A stretch of 64,000 nt of DNA from Escherichia coli (GTDB taxonomy: Bacteria; Pseudomonadota; Gammaproteobacteria; Enterobacterales; Enterobacteriaceae), in NCBI RefSeq assembly GCF_044647545.1, contig NZ_CP172818.1; one strand, given 5' to 3'. This document shows, piece after piece, positions 10,180 through 22,056 of this stretch. Position numbers and translations under genes: made by a program. Each line of letters opens with the position of its first letter. Position 1 is the stretch's first letter. The notes under the pieces were generated by a model that saw only the letters and a program-made list of their open reading frames with translations, was not told the DNA's origin and made no database searches.

Positions 10180-10621
10180 TCCCTGCGTCCTCTAACCTTT
10201 TGATATAGCGGTCCTCCAAGAAGCGGTAAATTTTGTCGAAATCATCTTTCCCCTCTGTTTATTCAGAGGATTACAGGACCCGTAAGTAGCGGCATACATT
10301 TCAACCGTTTTATCAAAAATATAAGAGACAAATTCTTCTTTAGTCATATAGATTTCCTTCAATGGGTTATTCGGAAAGAAGGATACCACTTCGCCTGACG
10401 TGTTAAAAGCAGGCATACAACACGAAAGCGCACGGCGAAGTTCGTCTCACTGTACGGTGTCGTTAAATTTAATTCGACCGTGCGCTTCCGGTTGTGGCAA
10501 CCCGCGAAATGGCGCGGCGGTAAGTATGGCGGGGTTATTCCTTCCCCGTTGAGGACACCGAGTTGTCAGGTTGACCATACGCTTAAGTGACAACCCCGCT
10601 GCAACGCCCTCTGTTATCAAT

Positions 10622-10678
10622 TTTCTGGTGACGTTTGGCGGTATCAGTTTTACTCCGTGACTGCTCTGCCGCCCTTTT
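10622..10678 (+). ncRNA. dicF: DicF small regulatory RNA (ftsZ-targeting antisense sRNA)
   Basis: Sequence TTTCTGGTGACGTTTGGCGGTATCAGTTTTACTCCGTGACTGCTCTGCCGCCCTTTTT matches DicF as recalled, ending in hairpin plus T-run; exact processed ends not determinable. Confidence 0.85.
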
Positions 10679-10848
10679 TAAAGTGAATTTTGTGATGCGG
10701 TGAATGCGGCTGAGCGCACGCGGAACAGTTAAAACCAAAAACAGTGTTATGGGTGGATTCTCTGTATCCGGCGTTAATTGTTAACTGGTTAACGTCACCT
10801 GGAGGCACCAGGCACCGCATCACAAAATTCATTGTTGAGGACGCGATA

Positions 10849-11037
10849 ATGGAAACGTTATTACCAAACGTTAATACGTCTGAAGGTTGTTTTGAAATTG
10901 GTGTCACTATCAGTAACCCTGTATTTACTGAAGATGCCATTAACAAGAGAAAACACGAACGGAAGCTATTAAATAAAATATGCATTCTTTCAATGTTGGC
11001 CCGTTTACGTCCGATACAAAAAGGATGCTGGCAATGA
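10849..11037 (+). CDS. dicB: Cell division inhibitor DicB (MinC-dependent)
   Basis: 62 aa from METLLPNV; stop overlaps ydfD start (ATGA). Confidence 0.85.
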   Translation: METLLPNVNTSEGCFEIGVTISNPVFTEDAINKRKHERKLLNKICILSMLARLRPIQKGCWQ

Positions 11038-11225
11038 ATACAGCATTTGCACTTGTTCTGACAGTTTTTCTTGTTTCCGGAGAGCCAGTTGATATTGCAG
11101 TCAGTGTTCACAGGACAATGCAGGAGTGTGTGACTGCAGCAACCGAACAGAAAATTCCCGGTAACTGTTACCCGGTCGATAAAGTTATTCACCAGGATAA
11201 TAACGAAATCCCGGCAGGTCTTTAA
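11034..11225 (+). CDS. ydfD: Small membrane lysis/toxic protein YdfD
   Basis: 63 aa from MNTAFAL with hydrophobic N-terminal segment; translationally coupled to dicB. Confidence 0.7.
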   Translation: MNTAFALVLTVFLVSGEPVDIAVSVHRTMQECVTAATEQKIPGNCYPVDKVIHQDNNEIPAGL

Positions 11226-12199
11226 AACAGTTCCGTAATAAACATCCGATTTCATTCTTATATGCCAGCAATGGCAGGGATTTGTTCACCCTTAAATCTG
11301 TAATGAGGTAAAACAAAATGAGTAAAGTCTTTATTTGCGCCGCCATTCCGGACGAACAGGCAATAAAGGAAGAAGGTGCCGTCGCTGTAGCCACTGCCAT
11401 TGAAGCCGGTGATGAACGTCGCGCCCGCGCAAAATTTCACTGGCAATTCCTGGAACATTATCCGGCTGCTCAGGACTGCGCTTATAAATTTCTTGTTTGC
11501 GAGGATAAACCCGGTATACCCCGCCCTGCCCTCGATTCCTGGGATGCTGAATATATGCAGGAAAACCGCTGGGATGAGGCGTCTGCTTCCTTTGTCCCGG
11601 TCGAGACTGAATCCGATCCGATGAACGTCACTTTTGACAACCTAGCCCCTGAAGTACAGAACGCTGTCATGGTTAAGTTCGACACATGTGAAAACATCAC
11701 TGTTGATATGGTGATTAGCGCACAGGAATTGTTGCAGGAAGACATGGCAACATTCGACGGCCATATCGTTGAAGCGTTGATGAAAATGCCAGAAGTTAAC
11801 GCTATGTATCCGGAGCTTAAGCTGCATGCCATCGGGTGGGTTAAGCATAAATGTAAGCCTGGTGCCAAATGGCCCGAAATTCAGGCAGAGATGCGCATCT
11901 GGAAAAAACGTCGCGAAGGTGAACGCAAGGAAGCCGGAAAATACACGTCTGTTGTTGATCTCGCCCGCGCCAGAGCCAATCAACAGCACACTGAAAATTC
12001 AACAGGAAAAATCAACCCGGTCATTGCTGCCATTCATCGCGAATACAAGCAGACATGGAAAACACTGGATGACGAACTGGCCTACGCTCTCTGGCCTGGT
12101 GATGTGGATGCCGGAAACATTGACGGCAGCATCCATCGCTGGGCAAAAAATGAAGTTATCGACAACGACCGCGAAGACTGGAAGCGTATCTCGGCATCA

Positions 12200-12960
<761 letters not shown>

Positions 12961-12997
12961 AAACCATGGAGGGAAATTACGTATCTGTTTTTTATAA

Positions 12998-14212
12998 AGG
13001 CGTAAGAGCAGGGAAAACCTGGGGGTCGAAAAAGGAAAAAAAAGGCGCGTTGCAGGTGAGCTACGCGCCTCTGTTTGTTACGCAATAAAAACTGGTGTTT
13101 TCGACTATGCAAAACAGTTTCCCTCCTCACGCAATCTGGAAAAATTTGGTGAGGCCCGACAAGATTTAACCATAAAAGAACTGGCTGAAAAATTTCTGGC
13201 ACTGAAAGAAACTGAAGTCGCAAAAACATCACTCAACACATACCGTGCCGTCATCAAAAATATCCTGAGCATAATCGGTGAAAAAAATCTTGCCTCATCG
13301 ATTAATAAAGAAAAATTACTGGAGGTTCGTAAAGAGCTACTGACTGGATACCAGATCCCCAAAAGTAACTATATTGTTACACAACCAGGGAGATCGGCTG
13401 TAACTGTAAATAATTACATGACAAATCTTAACGCCGTGTTCCAGTTTGGTGTTGATAACGGTTACCTGGCAGATAACCCGTTTAAGGGGATCTCGCCATT
13501 AAAGGAATCAAGAACCATTCCGGATCCTCTTTCGCGGGAGGAATTCATCCGTCTTATCGATGCGTGCAGAAATCAGCAAGCCAAAAATTTATGGTGTGTT
13601 TCTGTTTATACTGGCGTTCGCCCTGGTGAGCTGTGTGCACTTGGATGGGAGGACATAGATCTGAAAAATGGAACAATGATGATCAGGAGAAATTTAGCAA
13701 AAGACCGTTTCACGGTACCAAAAACACAGGCGGGAACCAATCGGGTCATTCATCTTATTAAGCCAGCAATCGACGCTCTCCGGAGTCAGATGACATTAAC
13801 GAGACTGAGCAAAGAGCATATCATTGATGTTCACCTCAGAGAGTATGGCAGAACAGAAAAACATAAATGCACCTTTGTTTTTCAACCTGAAGTGTCAGCG
13901 AGAGTAAAAAATTATGGTGACCATTTTACCGTTGACTCAATAAGGCAGATGTGGGACGCAGCGATAAAACGTGCCGGACTCCGCCATCGAAAATCATATC
14001 AGTCGAGACATACTTATGCCTGCTGGTCGCTGACAGCTGGTGCTAACCCGGCATTTATAGCAAACCAGATGGGCCATGCAGATGCGCAAATGGTATTTCA
14101 GGTATACGGAAAATGGATGTCTGAAAACAATAATGCACAGGTAGCTTTGTTAAATACACAGTTAAGCGAGTTTGCCCCAACCATGCCCCATAACGAAGCA
14201 ATGAAAAATTAA
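12998..14212 (+). pseudogene. intQ: Lambdoid tyrosine integrase lacking its start (N-terminus displaced by the IS fragment)
   Basis: Open frame from 12998 with no plausible start until internal M at 13418; C-terminal catalytic region with HxxR (QSRHTYACW) and tyrosine (VYGKWM) signatures. Confidence 0.8.
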
Positions 14213-14399
14213 TTTAATATTTATCAAATAGTTGACACGTATGACTCTTGAAATCCATAAATTCAAGCGCAGTGCCCAGCCATCCCGATACTGCTGCTTT
14301 CACCAAATCCTTAGTGCTTCTTTCGTGTTTTTCTATTGTCATAATGGTTATCTCTAAAAAAGAGGTAAGATGCGTACTACTTACTCGCCGTTATTGGTA

Positions 14400-15419
14400 T
14401 TATTCAGAAAAAGTGAGTAAGACTTTGCAGCAATGCTTTTGATCCTGTTCAAATAAACTAATGGCATCAGCAACATGCTGGAAATCAAACGTATGGGTAA
14501 TTAGTTTTTCTGGTTTAATTAACCCTTTACTTAACCAGTCGATAACGACCGGGAATTTATTTGCATTTAAGCGTGAAGAGAAAATAGAGAGTTCTTTTCC
14601 GGTAATTCCTTGCTGAATCACTTCAGACGGTTCACTGGAGAAGCCCATCAATACAATACGTGCCGCTGGAGAAGCCAGCGTTACGGCCTCTTTCAGGATA
14701 GAAGGATGACAAGCCGCATCGATAATTAATGTCGGCTTTATGCCTTTTTCAGCGAAAATCTCGCCAAGCGGTGTCTGGCTGTTATTAATCGCCCAGTCTG
14801 CCCCGCTCTCTTTCGCTTTTTCCAGTCGTTCATCAATGCGATCGGCAACAATCACATTCTTAACGTTATAGACGCCTTTTAATACCTGAACGATCGTCAG
14901 GCCGATTGGACCGGCACCATAAACCAGAACGGTATCATTTTCAGTCGGTTGACCATGTCCGGTTACGTTAGCCGCAATGGTAAAAGGTTCGATCATTACC
15001 GCATATTGATCGGCCACTGCTTCAGGAATTTTCCACGCATTTTTTGCCGGAACCACGGCATATTCACTGAAACCACCGTCAGCGTGCACACCTAATACAG
15101 CCAGTGTCGTACAAACGTTCGGTTTACCTATAGAGCACGGATAGCAATGCCCACAGCTGACCACCGGATCGACAGCAACACGTTCACCGACTCTGGCGCT
15201 TTCCACGCCTTCACCCACTGCATCAATGACGCCAAAGAATTCATGACCAATGACGCGCGGATATTTCGCAAAAGGATTATGCCCACGATAAATATGGCTA
15301 TCTGAACCACAAATTCCGGCAAGTTTCACTTTTACTCGTACTTCACCCGCTGACGGGGTGGGTATTTCGCGTTCGATAATTGCCAGTTGATTCGGTTTTT
15401 CAATTAAAATGCTTTTCAT
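14400..15419 (-). CDS. rspB: Zn-dependent medium-chain dehydrogenase (starvation-sensing protein RspB)
   Basis: 339 aa from MKSILIEK; GHEFFG and Cys ligands; GAGPIG Rossmann motif; GGAG RBS. Confidence 0.9.
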   Translation of the reverse strand: MKSILIEKPNQLAIIEREIPTPSAGEVRVKVKLAGICGSDSHIYRGHNPFAKYPRVIGHEFFGVIDAVGEGVESARVGERVAVDPVVSCGHCYPCSIGKPNVCTTLAVLGVHADGGFSEYAVVPAKNAWKIPEAVADQYAVMIEPFTIAANVTGHGQPTENDTVLVYGAGPIGLTIVQVLKGVYNVKNVIVADRIDERLEKAKESGADWAINNSQTPLGEIFAEKGIKPTLIIDAACHPSILKEAVTLASPAARIVLMGFSSEPSEVIQQGITGKELSIFSSRLNANKFPVVIDWLSKGLIKPEKLITHTFDFQHVADAISLFEQDQKHCCKVLLTFSE

Positions 15420-15430
15420 TATCTTACTCC

Positions 15431-16645
15431 TTACCAGTTCCACAGCGTGCCATCTTCCAGACGTGCGACTGGCAGATAAGCAGGTTCATAGGGATATTTC
15501 GCCGCCAGCTTTTCATCGAATTCGATGCCAAGACCCGGTTTGTCTCCCGGATGCATATAGCCGTTATCAAAAGTCCAGTTGTGCGGGAAGACTTCAAGCA
15601 TTTGTTCGGAATAACCCATGTATTCCTGGACACCGAAATTGGGGACCCACAGATCAAAGTGCAGCGCCGCAGCCATGCAGACTGGCGACAAATCGGAAGG
15701 ACCGTGTGAGCCAGTACGTACCTGATACAACGAAGCAAAATCGGCAATCCGGCGCATACCGGTAATCCCCCCCGCGTGAGTCAGCGTGGTGCGGATATAG
15801 TCGATAAGTTGTTCTTCAATCAGCTGTTTGCAGTCCCAGATGCTGTTGAAGACTTCACCCACTGCAATTGGCGTGACGGTGTGTTGGCGAATCAGGCGGA
15901 AACACTCCTGGTTTTCCGCAGGCGTCGGATCTTCCATCCAGAACATGCGATAATCTTCAATGCTTTTACCAAAGCGTGCTGCTTCAATAGGCGTTAAGCG
16001 ATGGTGCATGTCATGCAGCAAATGTTCATTAAAACCAAACTTGTTACGTACCGCGTCAAACAATTTCGGCATGAAATCGAGGTATTTCTCCGTCGACCAC
16101 AGCTGCTCTTCCGGCCACTGTCCTTTGGTTGCGGGTTCATAAGCCAGACCTTTACCTTTCGACATGCCATAGGTGGTTTTCATACCAGGGATTCCGCACT
16201 GCACGCGGATGGCTTTGAATCCCAGCTCCTGATGACGGGCATAATCATCCAGAGCTTCATCAATACTGTGACCGGTGGTATGGCAATAAACCATCACCCC
16301 TTCACGAGACGCGCCGCCGAGTAACTGGTAAAGCGGCATGTTGGCAGCTTTGGCTTTAATATCCCACAGCGCCATATCAACCGCTGAAATGGCCGACATC
16401 GTAACCGGACCGCGACGCCAGTAAGCACCTTTATAGAAAAACTGCCAGATATCTTCGATACGGTGCGCATCGCGACCAATAAGCTGCGGACAAAGGTGAT
16501 CCTGCAAATAAGAGGCCACGGAAAGCTCACGTCCATTGAGGGTGGCATCCCCAAGGCCCGTAATACCGTCCTCAGTGGTGATTTTTAATGTGACGAAATT
16601 ACGCCCCGGACAGGTAACAAAAACTTCAGCCTTTACGATCTTCAT
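15431..16645 (-). CDS. rspA: Enolase-superfamily mannonate dehydratase-like protein RspA
   Basis: 404 aa from [10 protein letters not shown]; operon with rspB. Confidence 0.9.
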
Positions 16646-16774
16646 GTTCGATTCCTTGCATCGCTTGTCGTGATGCATGAAATCTACGCAACTGAGCTAC
16701 TACCATACAAGTATGAAGATCAAAAAAAGCCGGAGTGATCACAAAAAAAGGCGTATATTTGCGCCGTGAATGGT

Positions 16775-16813
16775 TGACAAAAGATGAAATAGAATACCTT
16801 TTGTCAGCTGACA
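16775..16813. promoter_or_regulatory. Nested palindromes upstream of rspA: TGACAAAAG-N14-CTTTTGTCA and TGTCAGCTGACA; candidate operator
   Basis: Read directly; located 130-170 nt upstream of rspA start. Confidence 0.4.
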
Positions 16814-16850
16814 CTTCCCCGTATCTTATTGATAAAATGGATTTATGTTC

Positions 16851-17177
16851 CTACGTGCGCCCCCAGCCCGCAACAATGATCAACATGCCGCAAAGCGCAA
16901 TCAACGCCCCCGTCCAGTCATAAAGAGTCAGTTTCACGCCATCCACAACGCGCAGCCAAATCAACGCCGTGCAGACATAAACGCCACCATAAGCCGCGTA
17001 AACACGCCCACTCGCCGCAGGATGCAACGTTAACAACCAGACAAACAGCGCCAGTGAAATCCCTGCCGGAAGCAACAGCCAGATACTGGCGTTTCGCTTC
17101 AACCACAGCCAGGGCAAAAAGCACCCAATAATTTCACACAGCGCAGTAGCAAAAAATAGTAACGTTGTTTTAATCAT
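16851..17177 (-). CDS. ynfA: UPF0060 family inner membrane protein
   Basis: 108 aa, four hydrophobic segments. Confidence 0.85.
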   Translation of the reverse strand: MIKTTLLFFATALCEIIGCFLPWLWLKRNASIWLLLPAGISLALFVWLLTLHPAASGRVYAAYGGVYVCTALIWLRVVDGVKLTLYDWTGALIALCGMLIIVAGWGRT

Positions 17178-17311
17178 CTTTGTCACTTATTGACATCATG
17201 TATAGTTATAGGACGACATAATATCATCAATATAAACACCCTCCTTGAACGTTTTGCGTTCGCAGTGGATGGTGTAGAATCAGCTTTAATCATTCATACA
17301 GGGAATGAATT

Positions 17312-17653
17312 ATGAAAATCACTCTCAGCAAACGAATCGGCCTGCTCGCTTTTCTGCTGCCTTGCGCACTGGCATTGAGCACAACTGTTCATGCCGAAAC
17401 TAACAAACTGGTGATTGAGTCTGGCGACAGTGCACAAAGCCGCCAGCACGCCGCTATGGAAAAAGAGCAATGGAATGACACGCGCAATCTGCGCCAGAAA
17501 GTGAATAAACGCACTGAAAAAGAGTGGGATAAAGCCGACGCCGCTTTTGATAACCGCGATAAATGTGAGCAAAGCGCCAACATCAATGCCTACTGGGAGC
17601 CAAATACTTTGCGCTGCCTGGACCGTCGAACTGGCCGCGTTATTACCCCCTAA
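17312..17653 (+). CDS. ynfB: Secreted protein of unknown function (UPF0482)
   Basis: 113 aa with signal peptide. Confidence 0.85.
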
Positions 17654-17687
17654 CCTGTTATTGATTTAAGGAATGTAAGGACACGTT

Positions 17688-18248
17688 ATGCCAAGCGCCC
17701 ACAGTGTTAAGCTACGCCCGCTGGAGCGTGAAGATTTACGCTATGTACATCAACTCGACAATAACGCCAGTGTGATGCGTTACTGGTTTGAGGAACCCTA
17801 CGAAGCCTTTGTTGAACTCTCTGATCTGTACGATAAGCATATTCACGATCAGAGCGAACGGCGCTTTGTGGTGGAATGTGACGGCGAAAAAGCCGGTCTG
17901 GTGGAGCTGGTGGAAATTAACCATGTTCATCGCCGCGCAGAATTTCAGATAATTATCTCCCCGGAATATCAGGGGAAAGGTCTGGCAACGCGTGCCGCAA
18001 AATTAGCAATGGACTATGGCTTCACCGTTCTCAATCTCTATAAGCTGTATCTGATCGTCGATAAAGAGAATGAAAAAGCGATTCACATTTACCGCAAGCT
18101 TGGCTTTACGGTTGAAGGTGAATTGATGCATGAGTTCTTTATTAATGGTCAATATCGGAATGCCATTCGCATGTGCATATTCCAGCATCAGTATCTGGCA
18201 GAGCACAAAACACCGGGTCAGACTCTCCTGAAGCCGACCGCACAATAG
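17688..18248 (+). CDS. speG: Spermidine N1-acetyltransferase (GNAT)
   Basis: 186 aa; GNAT acetyl-CoA motif region QGKGLATRA. Confidence 0.95.
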   Translation: MPSAHSVKLRPLEREDLRYVHQLDNNASVMRYWFEEPYEAFVELSDLYDKHIHDQSERRFVVECDGEKAGLVELVEINHVHRRAEFQIIISPEYQGKGLATRAAKLAMDYGFTVLNLYKLYLIVDKENEKAIHIYRKLGFTVEGELMHEFFINGQYRNAIRMCIFQHQYLAEHKTPGQTLLKPTAQ

Positions 18249-18250
18249 CA

Positions 18251-18961
18251 TTAATAATAATCGATAGTATTTTTGATGGTGTAAACCCGTTCGACGGCGG
18301 GTTTTACTCCTTCATCAACAATGATTAGCTGACAGTCTACCGGATTGGCGTGACTGTCATATTCACAGCTCTGTTTTACATTACCAACCCGTTGATTATT
18401 CAGTAAAGTAACCGCTGTGTAATCTAATTTTTTGATCGGATCCGTTGATGGCGTAGCGCTAACAGATAATGTTTTGTCGTTACTTTTCGTGGTTTTACCC
18501 AGCGGATAACCCTGATCATCATAGCGATATTCCATCTGCATCTGTTTGCTGCTGGCTTTAATCACAAAGCCATTATCATCGGTTTCCCAACTCACCCCGG
18601 CAGAAGGTAATTCTGCTAGCTGGCATTTTCCCTGCAAACGAACTCTTTTCTCCAGTGTCTGGGCATCACGGTAATAATTGGCGTCCAGTACCAGGGCAAC
18701 CACGGTATTATTTTCCAGATCCAGTAATTCGAGAGAATCAAAACAGCCTTCTTCCGACAAAGTCCCCGAAACACGTTTCGTCACTTCACCTTGCTCATCC
18801 ATTAATGTCTGAGTGAAATCTTTTACGGGACCACGCAGCGGATCAAAATCGAATTCATTAGAGAAACTGGCCATCTCCGGGGTAAATGAAAGTGTTACTT
18901 CTGTGCGGTCACATCCTGTGAGGAATATCGCGAGTAAGCATGGCAGTAATTTGTATTTCAC
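18251..18961 (-). CDS. ynfC: Lipoprotein of unknown function (UPF0257)
   Basis: 236 aa from GTG start (VKYKLLPCLLAIFLTGC lipobox) with AGGTGA RBS. Confidence 0.8.
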   Translation of the reverse strand: MKYKLLPCLLAIFLTGCDRTEVTLSFTPEMASFSNEFDFDPLRGPVKDFTQTLMDEQGEVTKRVSGTLSEEGCFDSLELLDLENNTVVALVLDANYYRDAQTLEKRVRLQGKCQLAELPSAGVSWETDDNGFVIKASSKQMQMEYRYDDQGYPLGKTTKSNDKTLSVSATPSTDPIKKLDYTAVTLLNNQRVGNVKQSCEYDSHANPVDCQLIIVDEGVKPAVERVYTIKNTIDYY

Positions 18962-19068
18962 AACAGTCACCTGAGAGTAGAGATGATTCTCAATCATAGT
19001 AGCAAATACAGTACTTTACACGTTAAATGCTATGCTTAAAGAAGTTATCTTCGCGTAAGGAGCTTATG

Positions 19069-19374
19069 ATGAAACTCTCAACCTGCTGTGCCGCGCTTCT
19101 GCTCGCCCTCGCCTCACCCGCGGTACTCGCCGCGCCGGGATCCTGCGAGCGCATACAGAGCGATATATCACAGCGCATTATCAATAATGGCGTACCCGAA
19201 AGCAGCTTCACGTTAAGTATTGTACCCAATGACCAGGTTGATCAGCCTGATTCCCAGGTCGTCGGGCATTGCGCTAATGATACGCATAAAATTCTCTACA
19301 CCCGTACCACCAGCGGTAACGTCTCTGCTCCCGCGCAGTCTACCCAGGATGGCGCGCCTGCCGAACCGCAGTAA
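19069..19374 (+). CDS. ynfD: Secreted DUF1161 protein
   Basis: 101 aa from MMKLSTCC with signal peptide and AAGGAG RBS. Confidence 0.8.
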   Translation: MKLSTCCAALLLALASPAVLAAPGSCERIQSDISQRIINNGVPESSFTLSIVPNDQVDQPDSQVVGHCANDTHKILYTRTTSGNVSAPAQSTQDGAPAEPQ

Positions 19375-19459
19375 CACATTATCGACTGAACGCCGGATAC
19401 GACACATCCGGCGATTTGAACATACAACATAATCCCACCTTATTACTCATACCCTTCTA

Positions 19460-19473
19460 TTGATATGGATTAA
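19460..19473. promoter_or_regulatory. Candidate FNR box upstream of ynfE
   Basis: TTGAT-ATGG-ATTAA vs consensus TTGAT-N4-ATCAA (1 mismatch), ~105 nt upstream of ynfE start. Confidence 0.3.
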
Positions 19474-19572
19474 TAATTCTTAACCCAAAATAGGTAGACT
19501 CCCTCTATTGTTAGCGCGCTAAATATTCAATATATAAACTTTTATATAACGATAAAGAACAGGGAGTGAGTT

Positions 19573-21999
19573 ATGTCCAAAAATGAACAAATGGTGGGCA
19601 TCAGCCGCAGAACACTCGTTAAATCTACCGCGATAGGTTCTCTGGCGCTGGCTGCAGGTGGTTTTTCTTTACCGTTCACCCTGCGCAGTGCAGCGGCAGC
19701 GGTACAACAGGCCAGCGAGAAAGTGGTCTGGGGTGCCTGTTCCGTCAACTGTGGTAGCCGCTGTGCACTTCGTCTGCATGTTAAAGATAATGAAGTGACC
19801 TGGGTGGAAACTGACAACACCGGCAACGACGAGTATGGCAATCATCAAGTACGTGCCTGTTTGCGCGGTCGCTCCATCCGTCGGCGTATTAATCATCCCG
19901 ATCGCTTGAATTACCCAATGAAACGCGTGGGCAAACGCGGCGAAGGCAAATTCGAACGGATTAGCTGGGATGAAGCCCTGGATACTATCGCCAGTAGCCT
20001 GAAAAAAACCGTCGAACAATATGGCAATGAGGCTGTATATATTCAGTACTCTTCAGGGATCGTTGGCGGCAATATGACCCGCTCTTCACCATCAGCCTCG
20101 GCGGTCAAACGCCTGATGAACTGCTACGGCGGTTCACTCAATCAGTATGGCTCCTACAGCACCGCGCAAATTTCCTGTGCCATGCCCTACACCTACGGCA
20201 GTAATGATGGCAACAGCACCACGGATATTGAAAACAGCAAGCTGGTCGTGATGTTTGGTAACAACCCGGCAGAAACCCGCATGAGCGGCGGTGGCATCAC
20301 TTATCTTCTTGAAAAAGCGCGCGAGAAATCGAACGCAAAAATGATTGTTATCGATCCGCGATATACCGATACGGCTGCTGGTCGTGAAGACGAATGGCTA
20401 CCTATTCGCCCGGGCACCGATGCCGCGCTGGTTGCGGGTATTGCCTGGGTATTGATTAACGAAAATCTCGTTGATCAACCTTTTCTCGATAAATACTGCG
20501 TCGGCTATGACGAAAAAACCTTACCCGCAGATGCACCAATAAATGGTCACTATAAAGCCTATATTCTTGGTGAAGGTGATGATAAAACAGCGAAAACGCC
20601 GCAGTGGGCTTCGCAAATTACCGGTATCCCGGTGGACCGTATCATCAAGCTGGCGCGTGAAATTGGCACAGCAAAACCCGCTTATATCTGCCAGGGCTGG
20701 GGGCCGCAACGCCAGGCAAACGGTGAGCTGACCGCACGCGCTATTGCTATGTTGCCTATTTTGACGGGCAATGTCGGCATCAGCGGCGGAAATAGTGGCG
20801 CGCGTGAATCGACCTATACCATTACCATAGAACGCCTGCCGGTGCTGGATAATCCGGTCAAAACGTCAATCTCCTGCTTCAGCTGGACGGATGCTATCGA
20901 TCATGGCCCGCAAATGACGGCAATCCGCGACGGCGTCCGGGGCAAAGATAAACTGGATGTGCCCATTAAGTTCATCTGGAACTACGCGGGAAATACCCTG
21001 GTTAATCAGCATTCTGACATCAACAAAACGCATGAAATTCTGCAGGACGAATCGAAATGCGAAATGATTGTGGTCATCGAAAACTTTATGACCTCATCGG
21101 CAAAATATGCCGACATTCTGCTGCCAGACCTGATGACCGTTGAGCAGGAAGATATTATTCCTAACGATTACGCCGGTAACATGGGATATCTCATTTTCCT
21201 TCAGCCAGTCACCAGCGAAAAATTCGAACGCAAACCGATTTACTGGATCCTGAGTGAGGTCGCGAAACGTCTTGGACCTGACGTCTATCAAAAGTTCACT
21301 GAAGGTCGCACTCAGGAACAATGGTTACAACATCTGTACGCCAAAATGCTTGCCAAAGATCCGGCGTTACCGTCTTACGACGAACTGAAAAAAATGGGTA
21401 TCTATAAGCGTAAAGATCCCAATGGTCATTTTGTCGCCTACAAAGCATTTCGTGACGACCCCGAGGCAAATCCACTTAAAACGCCTTCCGGTAAGATCGA
21501 AATTTACTCCAGCAAGCTGGCGGAAATTGCCCGTACCTGGGAACTGGAAAAAGATGAAGTGATAAGCCCACTGCCGGTTTATGCCTCAACCTTTGAAGGC
21601 TGGGACTCCCCTGAACGTAGTACCTTTCCACTGCAACTGTTTGGTTTCCATTACAAATCCCGTACTCACTCGACCTACGGCAATATTGATGTCCTGAAGG
21701 CAGCCTGCCGTCAGGAAGTGTGGATCAACCCTATAGATGCACAGAAACGTGGGATTGCCAACGGCGATATGGTGCGGGTGTTTAACCATCGTGGCGAAGT
21801 TCGGCTACCAGCCAAAGTGACACCACGCATTCTCCCTGGGGTTAGCGCTATGGGCCAGGGAGCCTGGCACGAGGCCAATATGTCTGGCGATAAAATCGAC
21901 CATGGCGGCTGTGTGAATACGCTAACCACTCTGCGCCCCTCACCACTGGCGAAGGGAAACCCGCAGCACACTAATCTGGTCGAGATCGAAAAAATATAA
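19573..21999 (+). CDS. ynfE: Mo-bisMGD oxidoreductase catalytic subunit, DmsA paralog (putative selenate reductase), Tat-exported
   Basis: 808 aa; twin-arginine motif SRRTLVKS; Cys cluster CSVNCGSRC; DMSO reductase family. Confidence 0.9.
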   Translation: MSKNEQMVGISRRTLVKSTAIGSLALAAGGFSLPFTLRSAAAAVQQASEKVVWGACSVNCGSRCALRLHVKDNEVTWVETDNTGNDEYGNHQVRACLRGRSIRRRINHPDRLNYPMKRVGKRGEGKFERISWDEALDTIASSLKKTVEQYGNEAVYIQYSSGIVGGNMTRSSPSASAVKRLMNCYGGSLNQYGSYSTAQISCAMPYTYGSNDGNSTTDIENSKLVVMFGNNPAETRMSGGGITYLLEKAREKSNAKMIVIDPRYTDTAAGREDEWLPIRPGTDAALVAGIAWVLINENLVDQPFLDKYCVGYDEKTLPADAPINGHYKAYILGEGDDKTAKTPQWASQITGIPVDRIIKLAREIGTAKPAYICQGWGPQRQANGELTARAIAMLPILTGNVGISGGNSGARESTYTITIERLPVLDNPVKTSISCFSWTDAIDHGPQMTAIRDGVRGKDKLDVPIKFIWNYAGNTLVNQHSDINKTHEILQDESKCEMIVVIENFMTSSAKYADILLPDLMTVEQEDIIPNDYAGNMGYLIFLQPVTSEKFERKPIYWILSEVAKRLGPDVYQKFTEGRTQEQWLQHLYAKMLAKDPALPSYDELKKMGIYKRKDPNGHFVAYKAFRDDPEANPLKTPSGKIEIYSSKLAEIARTWELEKDEVISPLPVYASTFEGWDSPERSTFPLQLFGFHYKSRTHSTYGNIDVLKAACRQEVWINPIDAQKRGIANGDMVRVFNHRGEVRLPAKVTPRILPGVSAMGQGAWHEANMSGDKIDHGGCVNTLTTLRPSPLAKGNPQHTNLVEIEKI

Positions 22000-22056
22000 C
22001 CCTCTACAACCATAAATTCTGGCATGACATTTTGTTTGAAAAGCAATAAGTGAGTA

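Noticed and set aside
10650-11255. 201-aa minus-strand ORF with Cys-rich stretch antisense to dicF/dicB/ydfD
   Set aside because: Entirely overlaps well-supported plus-strand genes and the DicF sRNA; no RBS; composition looks like antisense translation of coding DNA
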